Source of the DNA: Vermamoeba vermiformis
Taxonomy: Eukaryota
Direction of reading: 5' to 3'
Assembly: GCA_045837725.1 (NCBI GenBank)
Contig: JBEWZL010000077.1
Span: 186,001 to 250,000, forward strand
Length of the DNA: 64,000 nucleotides
The notes below the pieces were generated by a model. The model made no database searches. It was given only the letters and a program-made list of their open reading frames with translations, and was not told the origin of the DNA. A program made the translations under genes and the position numbers. This document shows positions 11,945 through 24,314 of the stretch, in pieces (within the stretch, counting starts at the first letter, position 1; every line of letters starts with the position of its first letter).

Positions 11945-13899
11945 ATGATAGTGCAAATATTATTGGGTGTAATAGCATTCGGAGCTATTTTAGTGATCAA
12001 GAAGCTCAGCTCGCATAAGTTGGATCAGTCCATTCCCGGACGAGGACCTTTGGAAGCTCTTTTCCATGTCAAAACGTTTAGAAAGGACATTGTAAATGCA
12101 GTCAAGGAAAAGAAAACGAAATGGTTCCGCTGGGCTATCGTAGGACAAGAAGCTATTATTGCAACGCATCCAGACACTTTGAAGGTAACAAATATTCATA
12201 AAAAAATTGATTCAAATTATATATGATCATATTTATTAAAATCATGCTCTAATTCGGATTTAGTTTGTTTTGTCGAATCCCGACATTTTTCCAAAAGTAA
12301 AAATTCCATCCTTATCGAAAGAACAAGACACGTTATTCGATGGCCATATCTTATCAGCTAATGGCGACACGTGGCAGTAAGTTTCAAATTTAATTTTGGG
12401 GCGTGGGGATTAAATCCACTTTCAGTAAACATCGCGCGGCAATGGGTGCAGCCTTCCATTGGGACGCAGTGAAAGGATTCGCAGAGCCATTCTACAGTAA
12501 GACTCTGGAGCTCATGAAGCTATGGGCTGCTGAAGGATCGAAGCCCGTTGAAGTTACAGATATCTTGCCGAAATATACTTTGGATGTGCTCGGTACGTTT
12601 GAAAGATACGCGCCGGTGTATAGTATGGACGGGAACTAATATGCCTCTAATTAATAGGCGTCAGTGTCTTTGGCTATGATTTCAAAGCTATTTACGGCAA
12701 AGAAAACGAACACTTCAACGACTACTACAAAATCGTTAATTTTGCATTTAAATTCAGTAATTTAATGCGCGGTGTGGTAAGTATTAGAAAGTACGGCGCA
12801 ATATATGAATACTAATTTTCTATTAAGATGGCTAAAGTTTTTGGACTTCCGACTATTGGAGATCTGAATGCTGCTTGCGTCAGAATGCGCGAGTTCTGCA
12901 AGAATATTATAGTGGTGCGTACACTTATTATTGGTGAATTATTTTTATAATTCTAAATATATATTTTGTCAATTAGGAGAAACAAAAGCAACAACAATCA
13001 GAGAAACAAAGCGACAAAACATTTGACATTGTCGATATGATGCTCAAATCTGACGCCGGACTCTCATTGGACGAGGTAAGTGCATGTCAATATACTATTA
13101 ATAATAATATCCCAAGTATCTGTCGTTTTCGTTGCATTTTTTTTCTGATCTGATCTGGATCTAACTCAATTTGTATGACAGATGGTCTCGAATGTGTTCA
13201 TCTTCTTCCTCGCTGGTCACGAGACTACTGCCTCAGCGCTCTCATGGCTGCTCTATCATTTGGCGATTTACCCTGAGATCCAACAAAAAGTTCGCGAGGA
13301 AGTTGAACGCGTTTTGAATGGCAAACCATTGACTTCAGAATTGATGCGCGAGTTGACGTATACTTCGTATGTTATTAAGGAGAATATGCGCTTGCAATCG
13401 CCTGTGACTGAACTCGCTACACGTGAGTCAGTACAAGATACCGAATTTGAAGGCGTATTCATTCCTAAGGGCGTAAGTATATTAATATAAATATGATAAT
13501 AAGAAGAACATTAATTTATTTTCTTCATTTTTTAGCTCCGTATTGGCATTGGAATTGAAACAGCGCATCTGAACGAAGAATTCTGGGACAAGCCTGAGGA
13601 GTTCATTCCTGAACGATTCGAGAAACCACCTAAGCATCCATTCGCATATATGCCATTCTCTTTGAAATCTCGCGCTTGGTAAGTTTTCAATTCCAGATGC
13701 GATCCAATTGCCGCAACTAACTTGATCTCCATTCAGCATTGGTAGTCAATTCTCACTACTCGAGCAAACTATGTTCCTCACTACTGTCGTTCAATATTTC
13801 AAGTGGTCCTTTGTTGAGCTCAAACCTGCTACAAAGAGCATCGTGTTGAACAGACCTGATCTGCTGCGTATCAAATTCGAGCAAATCAGACAATTTTAA
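11945..13899 (+). CDS. Cytochrome P450
   Basis: N-terminal membrane anchor + IPGR hinge, I-helix AGHETT, K-helix ENMR, PERF, heme motif PFSLKSRACIG (Cys codon split by an intron). Confidence 0.95.
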
Positions 13900-14230
13900 G
13901 TTATTACTACTCCATCCTTGTAAATAGATAAATAACATTGCGATCCACTTGGCAGGATAATATTTAGATCTTCGACTGATCGCGAATCCGGTTTCAGTTT
14001 CGCTAACCAGATCTCGCGGAGAACGGATATCAAAGCAACTACAGATCACTAAATATCAACGACAAAAGGTCTTAGAAGCGAAGAAAGTATGACTTTTCAA
14101 TTTTTTTTGTGATCTGGTTTTGTCCCTCAGTTCGCAACAGAAGAACATCAAAACAAATATTTTAATATAATTCGCTGTATTATAGGCGATTGTAACATAA
14201 ATATAGCTCTGATCGATCTCGCGACCTGAA

Positions 14231-17200
14231 ATGAGCTATAAAGGTTGGTAAATCCAAATTTAAACGGATGCCGAAACTCGATTATTATAATAATAAGACA
14301 ATAATCCTATAATTATATGGTTATAGCGAGTATTGTCCATAATGCCGCTCTATTTAGTTATATTTCTGAAATCCGCCTATAATTTTCAAAAATATTAAGA
14401 AGTTAATTCTAATAGTTATATATCGTGTACTATCTATTAATATAGCTGCGCGATCAATAACAAATATTAAAATAGTTTATCGGAGATTTTAACAACGACC
14501 ATATCCAGCGAATCTTGATGCGAAACATTCGTACTGATTAAATTTAACTTAGGATCTCAATCAGGGTATACTAAATATGCACCCTCACCAACCAAAAATA
14601 ATCCAGCAACCAGTCGAACATCAGAGCATTCAAATCCACCAACTGGTTCCCAATCAAAAACTGCAACTGCTCCACCAACGAAATATAATATTCCTTGTAA
14701 ATATTACAAATCTGGAGTATGCAAACTAGGCGATCAATGTCGATTTTTACACCAAGGAAAGGTAAGCATCGATTTTTATTTAATTTTAAACATTGTGGTT
14801 TTGATCTGCGCAATCAAAGCATTCTAAGACACTTAATATCGTTAAAATATCCACGTAATATTATTTTTAACATAATTTATATTATTTGACCAAGTTAAAC
14901 TTCGAAAATTCCGAACTAATCTTTTTTTAATCTCCAAGCACAAAAATAGCAACCAAAGCAATAATAACTACTCAATAAAGTATAATTTATTCATATTATC
15001 ATATCTACAGGTCGATTCACCGGTGCGGAAATACAACACAAAACAGCCAACAACAGATCAGACCTCCAACAACACGAACAATTACAGCAATGGCAATTAC
15101 ACCGCTGCGCACTCGACACATGCGCACACTACCGACGCGAATGTCGAGCCTATAGCGACCTCTACACCCGTTAATTCGCGTGTAGGACGCAAGCCCTATT
15201 TACACATTGTCGTGTTATACGCCTCTGACATTCGCGTGTTGAAATACGCCAAAGAAATACACACTTTGTTCTTGGACAATGGCGTCGATGTCTTCTTGCA
15301 CTCGGAAGTCAATGTCAAGAACGGCGTGCCTCCTGAACGCGTGAACAAAGAGACTGGTACGTGCAACTTGACCTGTAATATTGTCAGGTGTAACGGTGTT
15401 TATAATAATTAATTACAATCAAATAATAATCATAATATTAATGTCGCATATGAAAGTAATATATATTGAATAATAGAGTGCAGTATTATTTTGAGACTAA
15501 CCGTCGCATTTCTAGAAATCAAAACAGAAAATTTAGCAGAAATAATTACAACATCACGTGCGGATTATTTAGTAGTGCTCGGTGACAGAAATATGAAGAA
15601 CAGAACTTGTCAAGCGAAAAATAAGGGCAAATTAACCGAAATGGATGTACGTTAACGCGAATACACAGAATAGCCGTGAATATGCATATATTAATGAGTA
15701 TAGGTCGGTGATATGTTAAAGGCACTGTGGTCTGAATGGTCGCAAGCACAAACCCTCAATGACGAAGATTTTGACGTGGACTCAGCTGACGATGAAGCAG
15801 TGCAAGAACTGCTGGACAAATACACGGGCGTGAAGCACATTAAAGACAGATTTAACAAGCTATTAGACAGTACGTGACAAGTGACATATCGTGATTGAAC
15901 TATTGGTTATTAATGTCTTGTTTGATTAGATATGGCAGAGCTCAAAGACACGAAACAATGGCGCGCAGTTGTTGGATCCGACGATGACAGCAACGACAGT
16001 GAAAGTAACGATGAAGATAGTGATAATAGTGATGATGGATATAGGAGCAAACGAGAAAGGGTCAGTAGCGAACAAAACATATCAAAATTGGTGATATTAT
16101 TCATGGTATTAATGAAATATTATTTTTGTCACAGAGAGTGGCAGCGCTAACAACAGATGAAAGTTATCGGTCCATTGCCTCAAAAATGACGCAGATTCAA
16201 AAAGGACTGATTCGATTACACGAACAACTCGTCGATGCAGAACAATTGATCACAAATTTGCCTATTTTGGAATCAGAAGTTGACCAATCAGAGCCCGGCG
16301 ATATGGTCGGATTCGACTTTCAACCGAGCACGACACCGACTTCAATAGCTGAACACGTGAAAGAATTTTTGTTGGCTGATATTCGCTCGATGATTGAAAG
16401 CATTGAAGAGCAGGGCAATCAATTGACTGCTTTTGGTGCGCCGTTGTGGGCTGGGTACATTGAAGGCTACAATCAGAAACTTAAAGACGCTGAAGAACAA
16501 CCTACCCGTACGTTACAATTACTTAATAATAGCATGGCTGATAATATTAACGTGGTCCATGTAGCGGCTTCACCAATTGAAATCCAACTGAAGCCTGGTC
16601 AATGGCAGTGTTCATTCTGCACGTACGTCAACGAAGAAGATCAACACGCGTGCAAGATGTGCACCAAGAAGAAACAAAGGTAATATTGACGGTCGTGTTA
16701 ATATAGGCTATGTTGATCTTATTAACGAGATGTTGAACAGTAGCAAGCCCGATGAAATGAGTGAGAGCAGTGAATGGGAAGTGAGCGGCACTGCAGCAAA
16801 GAAATTGCGCAAACAACAGCAGCGACAACAGCAAGAAAAAGAACCCGAGCCTGAAGTGAAATACGTGCCCAAAGACACGAGTGAAAAGCGCCGTTCAGAG
16901 CCACGACCAGCTCCTGTGGCCGCCGCTGCTGAGCCTAAAGCTGCTGCTCCGAAACAGGCCTTGACACCTGTCACCACGCCTGTCAAGACCGTGCCTCAGC
17001 CAGTACCTTCATTGCCCACAAACCTTGCTCCAAAACAAGCCGCTAACGGCACCCTGTCAACTTCACCCGGCAGAATTTCACCGCAACTGACTCCTAATGG
17101 CACAACTATTCAGCCCGTGGTACCGAACCAACAAGTACGTGTTCTAATATTAACAAGCCCTGCTATTAGATTGATCTAATGTTTAATTTATAGCTCAATT

Positions 17201-18714
17201 TGACACCACAAACAGTGCCGTCGTTGTCATTGCTCGCACAACAAATCAACAAGCCCGCACAGCCCGTCGTGTCAGCAACACCGTTCTTGTCCAACAACGA
17301 CTTCTTCTCGAGCTCTTCATTGGCTAATTTGTTGCAGTTGAATTCAGCTTTGCAACAACAGAACACGAATGCACTGCTGGTCAACAACGGTCAAACATCA
17401 CCGCAACCTTATCAACCTGATTACGAAGAGAACTTCCCGCCTCTCGGAGGAGCTCCGCAAGCCAGTGCTGGTGCCAAGAAGACACCTGTCCCGGCCACCA
17501 ATACTAACACGCCGAACCCCGTCAATGTCAGCAATCAATTGCCCTTGACTTCGTTGCTGCGAGACACCACGCCCTTGAACACGAGTAACAACGCCATCAG
17601 CACACCGGAGATTGGATTTTTGTCGTTCAACAACACCAACACGTCGGCCAACAACCAAGCCAATCAAGGAGGCTCGTGGAACCCGCTCCAAAGTTCATTG
17701 TACCCGCAGTCTGGTGCACTCGGCCAGTACCCGCCCTTGAACCAACCCTTCGCGCAGCTCTCAGTGTCGAACAATTTGTTGGGTGCAGCACAGCCCAAGA
17801 TGAGTGCCGGTGTCTTGCCCCAGCCCAAGATGCAACAACAGCCCGACTTCAATTTAATTTCTGGCCTCTGGTCTAAAGAACCAACACCGCCCTCGACTAT
17901 GACTTCTTTTAATACCAACACTATGAATAGCAATCCTAATGCCAACCAATCCAGTTTATTATCGGTAAGTGTTGGATCTAGATCCATGTAATTTTTTACT
18001 TACGTTTTGGATAGCAACCGTTTGACCCGTGGAAATCACCGTTCCAATCACCAAGCCCACAACCCATCACACCCCAACAACGCAGCAATTTGTTGAATAA
18101 TTTGACACAGCCTGGTCTCCCGTTAAATGTACAGAACAACTTCTTCGCCTCCAATCCGTTATTCAATCCCAACCCGCCCTTGACACAGCCCAATCTCTTA
18201 GCCAATCCTTACACACCCCTCAGCAATCCAATGAATACCAATGCCCCGTCAAGCACTACCAATACCATCAATAACAATGCCAGCACGAATAACAGTACCG
18301 AACAACAGCCCAATTCAACCAACAATTCAACCAATTTCCCCAACAATTTAACCATCTCGTTAGCCAATTTACAAAACAAAAGAAGTTTCAATCCTTATTC
18401 ACTACAAAACATGTTAATAGGCGAGTTTTCAGAAGAGTTTATTCGTGAAATGCAAAAAGCGCGAGAAATTACAGACAAAAAATATGCGAATTTACCAAAA
18501 CCAAATAGACCTTGTTGGTAAGTCCTATCGTTTAATTATATTACCGTACACGTATTAATAAGCTACTTATAGTTATTGCGGAGAAGAGTCACAATTAGAA
18601 TGTAATTTATGTGCCAATGTAGGTTTAGCAACTTATTTTTGTTCGGCACAGCATCAAAGTTTAGTTTGGAAACAGCATTTATTATTCCACAAAACTGCTT
18701 TTAATCTACAATAA
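14231..18714 (+). CDS. Large multi-zinc-finger protein: CCCH + NCOA5/anticodon-binding-like alpha/beta domain + RanBP2/NZF finger + N/Q/P-rich region + MYND finger
   Basis: PCKYYKSGVCKLGDQCRFLH; HIVVLY..LKYAKEI..NGVDVFL..YLVVLGDRNMKNRTC; WQCSFCTYVN..ACKMC; GT-AG intron joining ~16680 to ~16740; last exon YCGEESQLECNLC..YFCSAQHQSLVWKQH. Confidence 0.72.
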
Positions 18715-19022
18715 ATAGTTTATGTAAAAAACGGTGTTCATTTGCGTACATGGATCCACGCACTTTTAGTCAACTTACCTCGCAGTAGAAACTGTTAATA
18801 TGCGCAGTTCTTATATGTATATGTAGTGTTTGGGAGGAGTCATATATTTTATAGCGAGCACAGTCTATTTCCTTTAACAAAGCGAGATTCAGCCGTTCAA
18901 AGTGGTCAGATCGCGCGAGTGAATTTGACACGAGATTTTTATTCGCTGAAGAAATGAAACTTAAAACTGTACAATACTAGCGCTATAATAACATCATGTG
19001 ACTATCATAGCGGATTAGAATC

Positions 19023-19625
19023 TTATTCATCATCCTCAGCTTGTTTCTCCTGCTTGTCCTTGTTCTTGGTCGCAGGCACAGCACGTCCTCGCGTGTTAAA
19101 TACGGCGAAATTAGGTCTGTTGTCGAACATATCAAAAGTCTTTTGCGCCATAATGGTCGTCATCTTAATGGGCTTGTAGTGACCGCTCCATCCGATCACT
19201 CCCCACGCACTGATTACTAATCCAACTAGCACTTCAATAGCAATCTATAATATGTGTTATAATAATAGAAAATTAATAAACAAATAATCTTACATTCAAT
19301 GGCAAGGCTGTAAAAGGTTCTTCGACTGAAGACAAGTAGAGTCGATCTGTCATCAAATTAATGGTTAATAAAATATATTTAAATTTACTGTGACATTGTT
19401 TGATACTCTTTGTAAGAATCATTGGATCTACGCCATAATAATCGAAATAATAATTTTTAAAAAATAATAATGCGTCAGAAGGACAAAAACAATTATATAA
19501 CACGATTTACAATAATATTGAATACGCTTATAAAAAATATTAAACTTACGTTGAAAGGCAAGCAAACCGGAGTGGATCAAGATCGCGGCACCAAGAATGG
19601 TGATTAATTTACTGCTGAAGCCCAT
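19023..19625 (-). CDS. EMC5: ER membrane complex subunit 5 / membrane magnesium transporter
   Basis: ILIHSGL..RLYL..LPLNIAIEVLVGLVIS..FDNRPNFAVFNTRG matches the MMGT/EMC5 pattern. Confidence 0.88.
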
Positions 19626-19719
19626 TTATATTGTATTACGAATAAATGATCGATATAATATACGAGAAGTGTTGCTATTAGCAATAACAAAACAATGATA
19701 ATTATTTTGGTCGCACTTT

Positions 19720-19741
19720 TGTTCAGGTCGCGACCTGAACA
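19720..19741. promoter_or_regulatory. Perfect 22-bp palindrome in the EMC5/Nnf1 bidirectional promoter
   Basis: TGTTCAGGTCGCGACCTGAACA is its own reverse complement; a regulatory role is inferred from its position. Confidence 0.6.
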
Positions 19742-19901
19742 GGAGAAGTTATTGATCGATGCCAACTAACGACGTGAAACAATATTTAAGTGATTAAGTA
19801 TGTTTGACTCTCCTTTAAACCCCTTGTTAATTTTCGGATTTTCCCGCCAAAATATTTTATGTGTCGTTTTCATTTTTAAACCAAACGGAACAGCACAAGA
19901 G

Positions 19902-20577
19902 ATGACAGACAAGCGCAAAGTGATATCACGCGCAGATTTATTGTACAAAGCCATCGATGTCTCGATGCGCGGCAGTTGCAACACTATCACACAGAATTGT
20001 ATGAAACATTTTAGTGGGTTCGATGAGGCGCAACAACAAGTGTTAGAAAAATATCTAACGGCCGAATTGAAGAAATGGACCGTTGAAACACAGAATAATA
20101 TTGTCGTACGTATTTATTCATAATTACATTATTTATTTTTTATCGATTGAAAATTAATTTGGCTTGATAGACTATGATGCGTGAATTGCTCGAAAAAATG
20201 GATATGAAAGAGTCCTTACATAAGCTAGACGACGTCACTCGCGCAATTGTGGAAGGTCACGTTGCAGATCCGATCAGCACGCCTGAACAATTTTTGGTCT
20301 CAGCCACTCAATCCGCCAAGGCCAATGAAATCAAGCGACTAGAGGAGCTCGTTAAACAAGTATGTACATATATTATTCCAATATAGTCTCTAATTTCTAC
20401 CAGCTCGAGACTGAAAATACGGATCTGAAAACGAAATTGACGCAAAAGAAAGAAAAGAACTTAGAAATGAAGCAACAAGCCCTGGAGAAGCTGAAGAGGA
20501 GCGAAGAAGTCATTAAGAACACGCGCGAGTGGTCTGCCATGCCGAACAAAGAGTGGCTCGAAAGTCTGATTAAATAA
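19902..20577 (+). CDS. Kinetochore Mis12-complex subunit Nnf1/PMF1-like
   Basis: R..LL...F....L; MKESLHKLDDV, TPEQFL, LETENTDL coiled coil; about 185 aa in three exons. Confidence 0.65.
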
Positions 20578-20740
20578 CGAGCCGATCTGGCTTGATTTAA
20601 CCGTTCTTAGCTAATGAATCCGTATAATAATGAGACGTATTAGCTTGTATCGTACTTGTAATATAAAATCTTAATTATGATGAACAAAACAAACCTGGTT
20701 TTTAACCATTACATTTATCGCCACATTAGATTATGCTAAA

Positions 20741-22624
20741 ATGAAAAGAAAAGCAGAGCAACCTGCAAAAGACGAGCGAAATGCTAAAAGAAACAAATCA
20801 GACGACATTATACTGCCGTGGGTACGTAGATAAAAAAGGATCTTGAGCTAGCCTCCAAAATATTTACGGATATTCGTAACTGTGTTAAATTAGCAGCAAT
20901 ATAATAATAGTGCCTTATTAACCTCGTGAGATAATATTGTAAATTCTTGGAAGAAAAATGAACATTATTTCTCTGTGGATGTATGGACTAACCCTCTATT
21001 TCCTCAAGATGCCGATGGAAGTATGGCAAAATATTATCGAGCATTTGTTTGACAGCTATTTAATTGAAGAACGCATTTGGCGAGAAAATGTCCTGGCTTA
21101 CCTCAAAGAACGAGCAGCAGATCCAAAAAATACAGGCCCTGCTTTCAATCTTACCAATAACTTGAATAACCCCTTGGACCAAGAAATAGCCAATATTATA
21201 CGCGCGGCCCAAAATCCGGAGCCTTGGTCGCCTCAAGAAGATCCACGCGTTCAAACAAAAAGTGTTATTTTGCGCCAGCAAGAAGTTTATGGATTAATAT
21301 TCAAATTATCGGTGACCTCAAGAGACTTGTAAGTCATATAATACATTACGCATCATTAGCATTCCTTAATTAAAGTTTTTTAGTGGATGCCTCGTACAAG
21401 ACGAAAAGATCTGGAAGAAAGTTCTTGAACTGACTCTTGGCGCTAAAAAATGGCTCGAAGCCAATCCGCATTCAATAGAAAAAGAATTTTCAGGCAGCCA
21501 CAAACTTGCTTGCAAATTTTTAATGACGTTCGGACGACTTCAAAATCCAACCAAGAGCAGAGAAATTAATTTGCAAAATACAATGGGAAGTTATTCGATA
21601 ATGAACAATACAGTAGTTTATTATAACGATGAACTTTTGACGATGGATCTGGGCACGGAAATTTCAAAGAAAGAAAACTACTGGACAACGAGAGATAATC
21701 ATACGGCAACATATACACCTACGCCTTATTTAACTGTTATGGAATCACGTGGAGATAACAACGAGACGTGTTTGGATTGTTATGATAACAGGGATACAGG
21801 TACTACGTGGAATTTTGATTGGCCTGTTGGTACTCGATACGTTGGTAGTAAGTAGCTAAAAATCGCTCAATATAATCACTACAATTATCAAAGTGTTAAT
21901 TGTCTTATTCTTTTCAAATGGTAGATTGCGAAGATCTGACGATAGTTGGTGCTAATGACAACGGATATCACGTCTATGTTTCCCGAGCCATAGGAGATAC
22001 TGGAGAAGTATTTTACTTTGATACTTCGTTTAACAAAACTGCTACGGGCACGCCATATCTTCTCGGAGAACTTCCGGTGCTGTTATGGTTCACATCCGAT
22101 ACGCTTGAAATTTTCATTATTGACGGGCTTGCTAAACGCGTTAAACATGCATTGACTATTAATACACTCGATACTAAAGGGTTTAACTTCCAAGAATCAC
22201 TTGAATATGGCTGCAGGTAAGAAAAAATCTTTTTTTTGTGGATCCGGTACACTTTTGTTAACTTTTGTAACATAGGACTATCTGCTTAGACTCCATGCAC
22301 GGAGAATTAATAGAATACAACCCGGTCACATTGAAAGATTTGACAAGACTTCCGATAAAGCGAACACTGAATCTCACTGCCGATAATTTTATTGACTTTG
22401 ACTCAGCGTTCGAGATCTTGGGCACTTTTTGCTTCATCAAACAAGCGAATCAAAATGCCACTAAGTGGGTTGTTTGGGACTTGAAGGCTGCGAAGAAAGT
22501 CAATGAATGGTCGTTTGATGTGCTCTTTAGTGTGGAAAGCACAGCATCCGTGATCACAGGCACGAACTTGTACTTTTTGCTTGAAAATCATATTATGGCT
22601 TATAAGTTCGAAGATTATAAATAA
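20741..22624 (+). CDS. F-box-like protein with N-terminal NLS and beta-rich C-terminal region
   Basis: MKRK..KRNK NLS; LPWMPMEVWQNIIEHL and LFKLSVTSRD-type/DEKIWKK F-box halves; ORFs 21523-22624 are beta-strand rich. Confidence 0.6.
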
Positions 22625-22778
22625 ATATGACGTCATATTAACTCTTTGGTGCTGAGGTCTTGGATGTAAAGAGCCGTTTATTTTTAACACTAGATTTATT
22701 GTAGCAGGATCCAGCCAAAAATAATTCATTAGAATGCAAGAGAATTCATTATATATCTACATGATATGTGTACTGCGC

Positions 22779-23810
22779 TTATTTACCCTTCTTGGCACGC
22801 TCAGCAACGTCAAACTTGGCAATATCGCGACCAGCCTGCATCAGCTGCACGACATTCATGAGCTGCTTGATGGCGCAGAGAGGGGTCCACAACAACATGG
22901 CCCACTCCACGAGACCTCCTTCGCGACCCAGACCTGGCAAGGGCACGCCTGGCACCATCGGACCCTTGGTGAAGTGCAGCAGATACAGACCCAACAACGA
23001 GGCCTCATTGCCCACGCAGAGCCAGAACAAGACCCACTTGTTGCCGTAGTACAAGCGCAGCAAGGCGAATTGATCGGTGCTCGTAGTCTTGTGCGAGGTC
23101 TTGCCGCCGATCAAGGAGCTACATCCGAACATTAGTATCGTTATTTCAACGAGGATAGGTGTTCTAATTAAGGGATGTTATAAAAATAAATATACACGTA
23201 CCTATACAAGTGCGCATAGTGGCTAGTAATGTCGAGGGCAATCAAAAATGCGAATACGAGGATCAAGTCTTTGTAGAAGTAAGCCAAGACAGCTAACAGC
23301 GCGGCAGTAGAGCTGCGATCAGTCACCATGTCGAGCACAGCACCATAGCGAGTGGCTATTCGTGACAATTAGTGAGTTTTCACTGAACAGACGCAGATGC
23401 AAGTTAGGAAATAAAATAAAAAATAATTTGAAATTTAGGAATAAGAGGAAATTAGTGATATTAAGACTACAATAGTGAGGTGTATAATAACGGCATAATA
23501 TTTTAAATATTTTGACGGGTTCTTACCTTGTCCCAACCAACGAGCCACATTGCCATCCACTGCGTCGAGCAATTGACTAGCAGCATAGAAGGCAAAGAAC
23601 AACAAATAGTTCTCAAAGCAGACGTAGAATGCTGCACATGCTAGGATAATTCTTGTATAACCTGCGTATGAACGGTTAGATTTGACTTGAGACGACCTTT
23701 AAAATTTAATATTTCACTAAAATATGGCTGAATAGTATTTAATTAATTATTTTACGAATTTATTTCTTACCAATTAAATTGGGCACGTAAAAGTAAACGG
23801 GATTGACCAT
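22779..23810 (-). CDS. PIS1: CDP-diacylglycerol-inositol 3-phosphatidyltransferase (PI synthase)
   Basis: MVNPVYFYVPNLIGYTRI; LLDAVDGNVARWLGQATRYGAVLDMVTDR CDP-alcohol phosphotransferase motif; SHK, LCVGNE. Confidence 0.95.
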
Positions 23811-24314
23811 TCCAAAAAATTTTAATAATAACGGCAGTTGTTATTTCTTCAGCACAATGACGTGACACTATGCTCTATATAATTACAGTGCTAGTTGTGT
23901 TCACACTGCACTTCAATGGATTAAAATGACTCCAGTTCCGATATTTTTTTTAAATGCCAAAATCACCGCTCGACGTCATCACAAACAGCTAAGAATTCCA
24001 CCCCAAAAATAGAAGGTGTTACTACATTGGTATGTTGACGTTGTGGTATTGTCGCAGTTCCCAAAGACCGTAACACGTCGTACGACGTTTCAATCTGTTT
24101 GGAATATTGAGATCACGCTCGCTCCTTTATAATTAATCTACTTCGTAATTTTAAAATACATACTGTCTATTAACTAAATTATTGTACTACAGACGAATTA
24201 GATTATGCTGCGCGAAAAATCAATTAGCTGAAAGGAATGTTGTGGTTGCATTAATGCGTCTGATGAATTGAATAACTCAAATTTATCGATAAAGGTGACA
24301 ATAATAATTGAAAT

